From an uncultured Planctomycetota bacterium (GTDB taxonomy: Bacteria > Planctomycetota > Planctomycetia > Isosphaerales > Isosphaeraceae), in NCBI GenBank assembly GCA_963823665.1, contig CAWGMQ010000008.1, positions 1,888,001-1,952,000 of the forward strand: a stretch of 64,000 nucleotides of DNA. Direction: 5' to 3'. The position numbers were made by a program, and so were the translations under genes. Shown one piece after another: positions 17,390 to 28,000 of this stretch. Positions within the stretch are counted from its first letter, which is position 1, and the number at the start of each line of letters is the position of its first letter. Below the pieces are notes generated by a model, which saw only the letters and a list, made by a program, of their open reading frames with translations, had not been told where the DNA came from and made no database searches.

Positions 17390-19432
17390 TTAACGCGGGG
17401 CTCGCGCCGACTCATCCTTTCGGTCCCCATCACGGCCGGCAAGAGCCTCGATTCGCGCTGCGGCGATCCGGGCGGCGGCCGTGTCGGGTTCATCCCGGAC
17501 GATCTCGCGGTAGAAGACGAGGGCGCCCTCGGGCTTGCTCATCCTTTCCAGAGACTCGGCCATCTTGAGCCTCGACGCCGCAAGCCGCTCCTGTTGCGCC
17601 CGGGTCTTTGCAACGCGCCGGACGGGCTGGCCGGTCTTTCCGGTCGTCGGGGAACTTGACGAAGGGCCACGCACCGAATGGCCGTTCCCAGGATCAGCTT
17701 CCAGTTCGGGTTCGGCCGAAGGCGGTGCCGCCAGCGACTTCAGGAACTCCTCGATCTCCGCTCGCTGCCTCGACGATAGACCGGCGAAGCGTGCGGCCGA
17801 GTCGCTGGCCTGGCCCTTGTGGAATTTCACCGCGTCGTAGACATTCTCGGCCCGGCCATCGTGGAGATAAGGGCCCGAGTCGCGGTAGCCCCAGAGTGGC
17901 GGCGTGCGCCACTCCGACCCGTCGGCGAGGCTGGCCGCTGTCGGGAAATCGACCACGTGCGTACCTTGATAGTAGATGTCCATCGTGACACTGACCAAAT
18001 CGGGTCCCATGTCGTGCATGAGCAGGTCGCTGTAGATCCCGTCGATGTTACCGAGACTCGGGCGGTGACAATCGGCGCACCCGATGGACAGGAACGACGC
18101 CCGGCCGGCTTCGATCGCCTCGGGATGGGGTGAATCCAGGCGCACCGGGGCGGGGAGTGATCGCACGTAGGCGACGAGGGAGTCACACTCCTCCTGAGTC
18201 AGATCCAGGGCCGTCGCCTTCACGTCCGGGGCCAGCGGAGAGATCGCCTGCTTATGTCCGGGAACCTCCAGGCCCAGCTCGCTGGCGCAGGCGCCCAGGA
18301 CGAATTCCCGCAGGCTCGTCGTCTGGGCCTTCCAGCCGAATTTCCCGATGCGTCCGCTCTTCATGGTATTGGCCCGCCCTCGAACCGGACCCGGCTCCTT
18401 CGCGGCCGTTGCGAGCAGCACCTGGTCGGGAAGAGCCTCGATCAGTCCCAGACCGAAAAGGGGTGGTGAGTTACGCTGGGAGGCGACGATACTGCCCCCA
18501 GCAAGCGTCAGTTGCGTGGTGTTCCTCGATCGCGGGGCCGGGAGCCGGGCTTTCAGGTGAGACCGCCACTTCGCGTAGCGGGGATCCACGCCGAAGTGAT
18601 GCAGCACAGTACTCGGCGTATCAACCAGCGCGGGATGGATCATCCTCAGGGCATCCTCGTCGGGTTTGAGGGTGAACGAACTGGCAGTGATCGAGCCCTC
18701 GGCGCAGGAAAGGTTGTAAACGCCACGGGCATCCGTCGTTTTGTCGATGACTTGCCCGCTAACTGCGTTCGCGGCGCTGATAAGGTCAGCAGCGCCACTC
18801 AGTTCCGTCAGGTTGATCCTCACGTCGAATTCCTGGGTTCTCAAGGTCGTGCCCTTCGCCGTGATCACAAATCCATTCCGGAACCAGCCGAAGGCGGGAT
18901 CTTTTGAAAAGTGTATATTTATCGTTTTGGCAGTTCCCCCGTTGCTCAAGAGTTGAGATTGCTCAGGGGTAAGAGGCGGCAGCGGCGAGTGACTCGAGTC
19001 CATTCTGATCTCTACTTTCGAAGTTCCGTCCTCGATGCGCGTGATCTTGGCAGCTCCGGGAATATGGAGCATCCCGGTGCCCAACTCCCTGCCGATCGAG
19101 GTCAGGACTTCGACGTTCATACCCGCCGGCCCACCGCCCCCGACACCACCCTGGCCGTGGCAGGCCACGCACGAGGTCTCGTTGTACACAGGCCCCAGCC
19201 CGTCGCCGCCGTGGCAAAGCGGGTCATTGGGCTGCCACTCGTGCGTGAAGAGGTCCAGGCCCAGCTTCAACTGTTCGCGGGATGGTCGGGACGGCTCCTG
19301 GCCCAAGGCCCCGCCCGCGACCAAAAGGCCGACGATGATCGCCAAGGGTGCCCGGGCCCGTCTCCATCGACGGCAGATCCCCCTAAGAAGTCCCACAGCC
19401 TTGGCCGCGTTCGCGCCGGAGGGGCATGTCAT
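17390..19432 (-). CDS. Di-heme oxidoreductase family (DUF1111/DHOR-like) c-type cytochrome
   Basis: Signal/TM segment, DGLGPVYN..SCVACH, PPLFGLGL, GKFGWKA, GCADCH, YSDLLMHDMG, WRTPPLWG, YLHDGRA. Confidence 0.85.
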   Translation of the reverse strand: MTCPSGANAAKAVGLLRGICRRWRRARAPLAIIVGLLVAGGALGQEPSRPSREQLKLGLDLFTHEWQPNDPLCHGGDGLGPVYNETSCVACHGQGGVGGGGPAGMNVEVLTSIGRELGTGMLHIPGAAKITRIEDGTSKVEIRMDSSHSPLPPLTPEQSQLLSNGGTAKTINIHFSKDPAFGWFRNGFVITAKGTTLRTQEFDVRINLTELSGAADLISAANAVSGQVIDKTTDARGVYNLSCAEGSITASSFTLKPDEDALRMIHPALVDTPSTVLHHFGVDPRYAKWRSHLKARLPAPRSRNTTQLTLAGGSIVASQRNSPPLFGLGLIEALPDQVLLATAAKEPGPVRGRANTMKSGRIGKFGWKAQTTSLREFVLGACASELGLEVPGHKQAISPLAPDVKATALDLTQEECDSLVAYVRSLPAPVRLDSPHPEAIEAGRASFLSIGCADCHRPSLGNIDGIYSDLLMHDMGPDLVSVTMDIYYQGTHVVDFPTAASLADGSEWRTPPLWGYRDSGPYLHDGRAENVYDAVKFHKGQASDSAARFAGLSSRQRAEIEEFLKSLAAPPSAEPELEADPGNGHSVRGPSSSSPTTGKTGQPVRRVAKTRAQQERLAASRLKMAESLERMSKPEGALVFYREIVRDEPDTAAARIAAARIEALAGRDGDRKDESARAPR

Positions 19433-19889
19433 GGAAGCCTCCCGCATCAGAGGGTGAGATCCCGGAGCTCCGACTCGAGCCGACTCGCCGGGCCTCGACA
19501 GTCTACCACCTTCTGATCATACGATGCGACTCCTGGATGGGTGCGAAAATGGCTCACGCCACCGCTCTTGGTAGACCCTCGACACTTGCTGCACTGATGT
19601 ATCGCGTGAGAAGTGATGCGCCGACTGGTTCTGTCGTCACCAGGATGTTTCCCGCCGCCACGTTGAAGCCACTCGGCCCCGACGACTATCTTCTGCTTTG
19701 CCACTTGAGGCTCGCCCCCGTGTTGGGCCTTGCCGGAGGCGTCGTCGCCCGCACCTTTGCCGGTTGGCCGCACGGACATGAGGCGACAGGCAGCGGCGAA
19801 GCATCGTCCGACTAGCCCCAGGACGTCGACATGATGAAACCGCCAGCAAGCCGGACGTTCGCTTCTCCCCCGCGTCGATAGCACGGCGA

Positions 19890-20122
19890 CTGAGTACTAT
19901 TCCAGTACGGCCCCGATTCAGTGCGGCAAATACGCGATGAAGTTTCTGATTCATCCGCCACCCGACGTCACAGCCGCCCGCCACGAAAGCGATGACAACT
20001 ATCTTCGCCGTGAACTCGCTGCTCGTTTGCGGTCGGGCGACGTCCACTTCGATTTTTCCGTGCAGTTTTTCGTGGATGCTGAACACACGCCGAAGCCAGC
20101 GTTCAAGAGAACGCAGGTTTGA
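19890..20122 (+). pseudogene. Fragment of a catalase-like protein
   Basis: YYSSTAPIQCGKYAMKF..NYLRRELAARLRSGDVHFDFSVQFFVD..TP resembles the internal part of catalase-related proteins. No N-terminus. Confidence 0.55.
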
Positions 20123-20297
20123 GCAACGGCCCCTCAGATCGAGCTCCGCCGCCCGTTCCTGAGGTCGATTAATGACTCGAGTTCCTTTCCGTCATCGCAT
20201 GGGACATCATGCGCGCGTCGGGGTCGTCGGACCGACGCGCGCAGCGTGACTGTCGCTACCGATAGGCTGCGTCCACGTGACCGCGAGCGATCCACGC

Positions 20298-23200
20298 TCA
20301 TGCGCCCGAGTCTCGCTGGACGCCCCGGGCTCGCGGCAGGATCGTGAACGTGCCGTTGTCGCCAGGCTGGCCTTCGTCGTTGCCGTCCAGAAGCACGCTC
20401 GCAGCGCTGCTGACCCCGCCAGGCGGAGTCGAGATGACGGTGATCCGGCCGCCCTGCGCAAAGGCCTGTTTTCCGCTCAGCAGCAGGCTCACCGAGTGGT
20501 CCAAGGCGTCGTAAACCACCCTGATCGGGAGGGGATGCAGGATCTGGACCTGCTTTCGCTTGACGTGTTTGGTCGAGATCCAATCGACCTGGTAGTTGGC
20601 CGCATTGCCCGCGGTGGCTGGGTCCATCGCGGCGCTGTAGTCGATCGCGAAACCCGTGAGGACGGGCTTGCCGACCGGCTTGTGCTTCTTGTTCAGCTTG
20701 CGAGTGAACACGGCCTGCTCGCCGATGATGGTCGGGCCATCGGGCGAGACGCGAATGGTCTGCGAGATCGACACGGTTGAGCTGGCGGCGAAGTTGGCGT
20801 CGCCGTTGTACAGCGCGGTGATCGTATGAGTGCCGACCGTCAGGCCGGGCAGGACGAGCGTCGCCTGATCGCTGGTGAGGACCTGCTGGAGCGCAATCGT
20901 CGTCGGTGTGCCGCCATCGATCGTGAAGGTGACCGTGCCTGTGGGCGTGCCCGTTCCCGACTGCGGGGCGACGACCGCGGTCAGGTCGACCGTCTGTCCC
21001 AATGACGACGGATTGGCCGAGGCGTGCAGGGCGATCGTTGTCGCCTGGGTCGCAGGGGTGCCCACCAACACGGAGAACTCGCCGAGCGAGCTGGTCGCGA
21101 TCGCGTTGCCGGCCAGGTCCGTGACTGGGGCGCCGGCCAGAATCACCGAGTACGTTCCCAACGGCGAAGCCGCCCACGTTCCGCCCGGCGGGCTGATCTG
21201 ATACGCGGCCACCAGCGACGGGGCATCGCCCAGGGCGTCGGCGTGCCCCGACGGCGTCACCGACTCGAGGTCGGCGTCGATCGCGACGCCGTTGGGAGCC
21301 ACGACTTGCACGTCGGCCCCGGTGAGCGAAGCGAGCGAGACCGCACCGTTGTCGGTGAAGGTGATCGTGAAGGGATAGGGGGACAGGCCCGCGGCGTTCG
21401 CGGCCGTGACCGCCGGGGCCGACAACGCGGCCGTGGGTGGCGTGGTGTCGGCCACCGCGCCAACCTGGAAGGCGCCGATGTCCGGCGCGGCGCCGCCGGG
21501 GAGACTGTAGCCGCGCTGGTCCGTGTACAGATCGCGGGGATTGCCGGCTTTGCCCAGGGCTGGGCTGGTGCTGGTCAGGGCGATCGTCTCGGTCGGTCCG
21601 CCAAGGTTCTGCAAGCCGGCGGGGTTGAGCCCGGGATTGACTCCGGTGAGGTTCTTCGACCCGGTCAGCGTGCCGGTCGGAGCGGTCTGGAACAGGCTGT
21701 TGGTGGCGTTGATGTTGCCGGCGACGTCGGCCCCGTCCGTGGCGGAATTGCCGCCGAAGAGACAGCTCGACGCCGTGACTCCGCCACTGCCCGACGCGAA
21801 CACCCCACCACCGGAGAACGATGATCCGCCGGGCGGGTCGACCGCCTTGTTCAAGGCAACCGTCGCGTGATTGAGCGTGATGGTCCCCGAGTTGATGAAG
21901 ATCCCGCCGCCGAGCGCCGCCCCCAACTTGCCGGGCACCCCGCCGTTCTGGGCTGTGCCGGTCTGCCCAATGTCGCCGCCGGCTCCGGAGGCGCCTTTCT
22001 TGCCCCTTGCTCCGGTGCCCCCACTCCTGTCTGGAATCCCTCCGAATCCACCGGTACCGCCAGATCCCGCATGGCCCCCAAGACCGTAGTTTCCCCTCGT
22101 GACGACTCCCGAGGAACCGTCGGAAAGCATGAAGATCACGTTCCCGGCGCCGCCGCCGGCACCGAACGCTCCCGCCTGAACGGTATTGCCGGCGACGGTT
22201 CCATTGACGAACGAGAGCGATCCACTCGCGACATAGATCGCGCCACCCCGGCCCGTACCGCTCATTCCGCCATCACCGCCGACACCGGCCTTACCGCCGT
22301 TTCCTCCTACTCCGCCATTGCCGCCGTTGCCCCCATCACCACCATTGGCGCCGTTAATGCCATTGCCGCCGGAACCGCCCCGGCCTCCCCGGCCTCCCGG
22401 GCCGCCCGGACCACCGGCACCACCATTGCCTCCCTGGCCGCCGATTGCACCAGTCCCGCCCGTGGCGATGTTGGTGCTGAAGGTATTTCCGATCAGCGTG
22501 ACGCTGGTGGTCTTACCATTCATCGCCATTGCACCGCCATCGCCATCACCCCCCGCGCCGCCAGCTCCACCTGCGCCACCGGCTCCCCCGGTCTTGCCCA
22601 CACCGCCGGCACCGCCAACCCCACCCTTGCCCCCAATTGCAGGCTTGCCCACGCCTGCGCCGGTTACAAGAAACTCTGGGCGGCCCGCGCTACCACCCAA
22701 AACGCCCTGCCCACCAGTTCCGCCAACTCCACCTAGTCCTCCGCCGCCGCCCTCGGCTCCCGCGCTTCCTCGACCGCCGTGACCACCGGCGGCCTCGTTG
22801 CCGGTGAGCGTCGAGGTGGTAAGGGAGAGCGTCCCTCCGCCGATGTAGATCGCGCCTCCCATCCCGTTACCACCATTTCCACCTTTTCCTCCAGCGCCGC
22901 CATTACCACCTTTACCGCCCTTACCGCCGACACCGCCGGTCCCGCCGTTGCCGCCGGTCGCACCGTCACCGCCGCTGCCGGTTTTGCCGCTGTTGTTAAG
23001 TTCACCCTCACCGCCACCGCCGCCGGCGCCCCCCTTTCCGCCAGAGCCGCCGCCACCGCCGTTACCGCCTCCGAATCCCGGATGGGCGATCCCGCCGAGT
23101 CCTCCAACTCCGCCCCCCGCTTGATTGTTCTCGAATTGGTCTGAGGTGAGGATGACGGTCCCGCCGGAAACGTAGAGGCCGCCGCCAGAGCCATTCCCGC

Positions 23201-24443
23201 CGGCCCCGCCGGCTCCGCCGGCCGCGCCATTGAATCCGGTGGCCCCCGTGCCTCCGACGCCGCCGGTGGCGCCGTTGCCGCCTTTGCCGCCGTTACCGCC
23301 ATTCGTGCCGGCGCTGCCGAGGCCGTGCCCCCCGCCGCCACCGATGCCGCCGGCTCCTCCTACGCCTCCCTGACCGCCCCTGGCGGGCAGCGAGTGCCCG
23401 TTGTCGATCCCGACGGCGCCGGCCGCGCCGCCTGCTCCGCCGGACGCGCCGAGGGCGAAGTTATTTTGGATCGAGCTTCCCGAGATCACGACGGTACCGC
23501 CCGCGACGAAGATCCCGCCGCCGCTGCCGTTGCCTCCGGCGCCCCCCGCGCCGCCGGCTCCGTACTTCAGGGGAGGCTTGGTCGCCTTCCCTGCCTTGCC
23601 GCCTTTCGTTCCATTGCCGCCGGGGCCGCCATTGCCGCCATTCTCACCATTGATGCCGGCCTTGCCGGCGGCCCCCGCGGAGCCGGCGGAGCCGGTCTGG
23701 CCGGCTGAGCTGTTTCCCGGGCCGCCGCCACCGCCGGTGCCTCCGCTGCCGCCATGGGCGGAGTCATCATTGAGGACGGAGCCAATCAGCGTGAGCTTCC
23801 CTCCGGCCAGGTAGATACCGCCTCCCTTCGCGTTTCCACCCGCGCCGCCGGGCCCGCCGGGGACGCTGCCGACGCCGGGAAGCCCGTGCGCACCGTGGCC
23901 GCCGCGGGCCGAGTTGGCATTCACCCAGACATCCTTGAGCGTCACGTTGGCACCTTGAATCAAGAGCCCGCCGCCCAGGGCCGCGGTGCCGCCGACCGCG
24001 CCGCCGTCACGCGCCCTGCCACCAGAGATCTGGAGGCTCGAGAAGACCACCGAGACGCTCGCGCCCGTCTTTCCGATGACCTGGAAGATGCGCGTCTGCC
24101 AGCTACCCGAGGCGGGCTCGATGAACGACTTGGTCTGGCCCGCCCCGATGATGTTGAGGGTCTTGCTCGGAATGCCCGCATCGTCCTGGATGAGCAGGTT
24201 CCCGTCGGTCGTATCGGTCAACTGATAATTGCCGGCCGCCAGGTTGATGGTGTTCTTGGCGTCGTTGTTGCCGTTGGCCTGATCGATTGCATACCGGAGA
24301 CTCCCTACCGATCCGTCGGTGACGGTCGGCAAGACATTGAAGATAGCCGGGGCGAGCCGCTCTTCGAGGAGCTCCGCGATCGGCCACATCGTCGGGCGAC
24401 GGCGTCTTGGGATCGTGCCTTGCCATCTCATTCTTGCGTTCAT
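20298..24443 (-). CDS. Large exported Gly-rich protein: planctomycete export motif, PGRS-like GGxGGx tracts, choice-of-anchor-Q-like region, Ig-like domain, shared C-terminal domain
   Basis: RRRR..ELLEERLAPA, GSLRYAIDQAN, long GGxG repeats, LQNLGGPTETIAL..SPA..DQRG..DIGAFQ, PTGTVTF..HTITALYNGDANF. Confidence 0.85.
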   Translation of the reverse strand: MNARMRWQGTIPRRRRPTMWPIAELLEERLAPAIFNVLPTVTDGSVGSLRYAIDQANGNNDAKNTINLAAGNYQLTDTTDGNLLIQDDAGIPSKTLNIIGAGQTKSFIEPASGSWQTRIFQVIGKTGASVSVVFSSLQISGGRARDGGAVGGTAALGGGLLIQGANVTLKDVWVNANSARGGHGAHGLPGVGSVPGGPGGAGGNAKGGGIYLAGGKLTLIGSVLNDDSAHGGSGGTGGGGGPGNSSAGQTGSAGSAGAAGKAGINGENGGNGGPGGNGTKGGKAGKATKPPLKYGAGGAGGAGGNGSGGGIFVAGGTVVISGSSIQNNFALGASGGAGGAAGAVGIDNGHSLPARGGQGGVGGAGGIGGGGGHGLGSAGTNGGNGGKGGNGATGGVGGTGATGFNGAAGGAGGAGGNGSGGGLYVSGGTVILTSDQFENNQAGGGVGGLGGIAHPGFGGGNGGGGGSGGKGGAGGGGGEGELNNSGKTGSGGDGATGGNGGTGGVGGKGGKGGNGGAGGKGGNGGNGMGGAIYIGGGTLSLTTSTLTGNEAAGGHGGRGSAGAEGGGGGLGGVGGTGGQGVLGGSAGRPEFLVTGAGVGKPAIGGKGGVGGAGGVGKTGGAGGAGGAGGAGGDGDGGAMAMNGKTTSVTLIGNTFSTNIATGGTGAIGGQGGNGGAGGPGGPGGRGGRGGSGGNGINGANGGDGGNGGNGGVGGNGGKAGVGGDGGMSGTGRGGAIYVASGSLSFVNGTVAGNTVQAGAFGAGGGAGNVIFMLSDGSSGVVTRGNYGLGGHAGSGGTGGFGGIPDRSGGTGARGKKGASGAGGDIGQTGTAQNGGVPGKLGAALGGGIFINSGTITLNHATVALNKAVDPPGGSSFSGGGVFASGSGGVTASSCLFGGNSATDGADVAGNINATNSLFQTAPTGTLTGSKNLTGVNPGLNPAGLQNLGGPTETIALTSTSPALGKAGNPRDLYTDQRGYSLPGGAAPDIGAFQVGAVADTTPPTAALSAPAVTAANAAGLSPYPFTITFTDNGAVSLASLTGADVQVVAPNGVAIDADLESVTPSGHADALGDAPSLVAAYQISPPGGTWAASPLGTYSVILAGAPVTDLAGNAIATSSLGEFSVLVGTPATQATTIALHASANPSSLGQTVDLTAVVAPQSGTGTPTGTVTFTIDGGTPTTIALQQVLTSDQATLVLPGLTVGTHTITALYNGDANFAASSTVSISQTIRVSPDGPTIIGEQAVFTRKLNKKHKPVGKPVLTGFAIDYSAAMDPATAGNAANYQVDWISTKHVKRKQVQILHPLPIRVVYDALDHSVSLLLSGKQAFAQGGRITVISTPPGGVSSAASVLLDGNDEGQPGDNGTFTILPRARGVQRDSGA

Positions 24444-24551
24444 CCGGCATGCTCCACGGCGTCGAGATCAACGAGCGCGCGGCGAGAGACGAAGCCCCAA
24501 GGAATGCGCCATGCGTCGGACGATCGAGGCGCCTCAGATGCACAGGACGGG

Positions 24552-24690
24552 ATTTGCGACCTCGACATCATCGCCGCGGAGATGCTCGGCCCGCCGTGCC
24601 GAACCCTCCGGCGCTCGTAATGTCGTCAACCATACAGGAGACGGCATCGTGACGTCCCGAACGGACACATTTTTTCCAAGATTCTTCCCG
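24552..24690 (-). promoter_or_regulatory. Conserved upstream block, copy 1 (putative ECF promoter TGTCCG-N18-CGTCTC)
   Basis: Closely similar to 34036-34175. Both copies lie just upstream of a giant exported gene. Confidence 0.65.
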
Positions 24691-24714
24691 GAGTGGTGTG
24701 CGGGCCTGGACGAA

Positions 24715-25010
24715 CCGCCCATAACTCCTTGAGTGCCTGTTGCAGGAGAGGCAGCGAGCCGTGCTCGTCCGCGGGCGTTCGGCACCGCGGTGGCAACCTG
24801 GTCGACCAAGTTCCGGAGGGGATTGGCACCGGGCAGGATCGTGATCCGAACGGCATCCTAGAGTCGAGGCAACTCTCTGACGGCGATCGGCGTTTGCAAC
24901 CCGGCACGCACGAGGGACGACTTGCCGGAACCGGAGCCGCCGATCACGGCGACGAACGGCCAGGACCTGAGCGGACCGCAAAGCTCCGCGATCTCGAGGT
25001 CGCGGCCGAA
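24715..25010 (-). pseudogene. Decayed fragments of a STAND (nSTAND1-like) NTPase
   Basis: [30 protein letters not shown]alker A, then GSLPLLQQALKELW in another frame. Confidence 0.65.
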
Positions 25011-25045
25011 CTGGCTGCGTCCCCGTGACCGCGAGCCTTCCCACC

Positions 25046-28000
25046 TCAGGTGCTCGAAGACCGATCGACGCCTCGGCCTCGCGGGAGGATCGTGAACGTG
25101 CCGTCGTCGCCGGGCTGGCCTTCGTCGTTGCCGTCCAGCAGTACGCCCGAGGCGCCGCTGACCCCGCCCGGCGAGGTGGCGGTGACAGTGATCTGGCCTC
25201 CCTGGGGGAAGGTCTGTGTTCGGCTCAACAGCAGGCTCACCGAGTGGTCCACAGCGTCGTAGACCACCCTGATCGGAACGGGATGAAGGACCTGGACCTT
25301 CTTTCGCTTGACGCGCTTGATCGAGACCCAATCGACCTGGTAGTTGGCCGCATTGCCCGCGGTGGCCGGGTCCATCGCGGCGCTAAAGTCGATCGCGAAG
25401 CCTGTGAGGACCGGCTTGCCGACCGGCTTGTGCTTCTTGTTCAGCTTGCGAGTGAACAGGGCCTGCTCGCCGGTGATTGTGGGGGGAGTCGGGGGCGGCG
25501 GGTTGTTGACGGTGGTCGTGGCTCCGGCGGCCGTCGGCGCCGGCTGGACGAGGCCGAGCGGATCGGTCGCGATGCTGTAGAAGGAGTAGGTGTGGCCGGG
25601 CTGGCCGGTGAATGTGGCCGAGGTCGTCGTCGTCGCCGATTGCCAGATGGTGTACGGGCCGCCTTGGTCGGAGACATAGACGTTGTAGCTGGCGATGCCC
25701 GGGCCGGCGCCGTCGGAGCCCGACCAGCTTACCGTGAAGGTCGTCCCCGAGGTGGCCGGCAGCGGGGCCACGCTGCTACTCGGCGTGGTAACGTCGATCG
25801 TGTTGACCACCACGGTTGTATTGATCGGCGCGTTGGTGTCGAAGACAACCGACGCTTGCTGATTGATCGCCGTTCCCGTCGCCAGGCCCGATCGGGGTTC
25901 GATTGTGTATTGAACATAGCCCTCGCCGATGCCGCTGCTGTTATCCGGCGGCAGGAAGCCATCGGTGACACCGGTCGGCGCCTGGCCGGTGATCGGGTCG
26001 AGCGAGGTGAACGTGACGGTCAATAGGCCGGTTTGAACGTTGAAATTCAGGGCGACCAGCACGTTCAGCGGCGTTCCGTCGACATTCTGATACGACACCG
26101 TCGTCTGGTAATCGGTTAGCCCAGGGGGGACATTGACATGGATCGAGCCGAAGGCGAATGAGCCGAGCTGGAATGTGGACCAGTCGAGGTTGGCGCTGAG
26201 CTGCTCGGTCACAGTGACATCCTGCGCGGCGACGCTGCCGTCGTTTTCGAAGGCGACAGTGTACGGCCAGGGACCGATCGGCTGGAGGAAGCCCTGTGTT
26301 CCGTAGCCCAAGGGGCCGATCAGGGCGTTGGGGTCATGGGGCGCATGGTTGGGAATCGGGATGGTGCCCATCGGTGTCGACGGCAACAGAGGCGGGTGTT
26401 TGGGGGGGGTGCAATCCGGCAATTGCAAGGTATAGTTGCGCAGGTAGTAAGCCAGTGACCCGGGCGACCAGACGTACGAGGGGATCTCGTACCCGCCGGC
26501 CTGCAGGACCGAAGTTACACCTTCAGCGCAATTATTTGTGAAGTAATTGAAAGCCGAGTTATTGAGCGAGTTGATCTCACTGGTCATCCCCGCGGCCACG
26601 TTGTCCGGCACGGAGAAGGAAAAGGTGGTGGCCGGGATGTGATGCTGACGCGAGCTCACATCTTCGCCAAAGCTTTTTGGATAGTTCGCCGGGCTCCCTG
26701 GATACTTCGATAGATAATTTCCGTCGACGTCGATGGTCGCGTGCATCCCAGCTTCACCAATTCCCCAGCCCCAGAGGAAAATGGTCACGTCCTTGCAATC
26801 GGATTTGGATAGGCCGAGGGGATCGCTAAAGGCGATCGGGTCGTTCGCGGCGTATTCTCGGATGTTAGTCCCTCCAGCGATTCCCAGGGGATCGTTGCTC
26901 AAGAACTGCTCCGTCGCCGGCGTGTAGACCCGCGCCCGCATGGAGAACACGTTCGTGCCGATTTGCATGACGCCAAACTGGCCGGCGAATGTGAACGAGT
27001 TGGGCAGAGCGGCCGACACAGTCGCGGTCTCACCGAACGGCAGGTAACTGTACTGGTTGACATAACTACCGCTCGAGCCGGTGAGACCAACGGTGTTGCC
27101 GCTGACATCGAAATCGTAATAACCGGTGCCACTTGGGCCAGTCTGGTTCACCAGACCGAGGCCGTAGGTGTAATCGGCGATTAGCGAGCCGCTGCCGTCG
27201 TACGATGCCACGACATTGCCGCCACCCGCGGGATCGACGAGATCATTCGTCTGCGTGCCACCGACGTTCTCGCCAACGAGAAAGCCGAGCGGGCTGTACT
27301 GGAACGTCGTCACGGTGCCGTCCGGGCTTGTGATCGATTTAAGCTGGCTCAGATCGTTGAAGCCGTAGGTCGTCGTGCCGCTGGAATCGGTGACGCTGGC
27401 CAGGTTGCCATTGGCATCGTAGGTGTAAGTCGTCGAGCCGGCCTGGGTGATCTCGTTGTCGTCGTTGCTGGAATAACTGGTCGTCGCGCCGCTGTCGTCG
27501 ACCGCGGTCAGGTCGCCGGCCGCGTTGTAGACGTAGGTGATGGTCGCGCCTCCCGGGAGATCCACCTGGATCAACTGGCCGGTAGCATCGTAGCCGTACG
27601 AGGTCTTGCTGCCGGCGGCGTCGGTCATCGAAGTCACTTCGTCGAGCACGTTATACGTATAGATGAACGAGGAATTCACGGTCTTGCCACCCGGCGCGTA
27701 GTTCACTTCGCTCGTGAGATCGCCGTCCGCATCGTATGCATAGGTCGTGGACGTACCGTTGCCATTGAGCTTATTCACCAGCTCGTTCAGATTGTTGTAG
27801 GTATACCGGACAATCAAGTTGCCTGAGCCGTCGGTGAGCTCGGAGAGCTGACCGAGCACATTGTAGGTGTAATTCACTGTGAAGCCGTCCTGATCGACGC
27901 TCTGAGTGCGCTCTCCCGCGGCGTTGTAGCTGAACTTGAGATTCAGCAGGTTCGGATAGGTGATCGAGGCCAGCTCGCTGCCGATGTCCTGCCCCTGGGC

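Noticed and set aside
22318..23814. Pro-rich plus-strand ORFs
   Set aside because: Antisense translation of the Gly-rich tracts.
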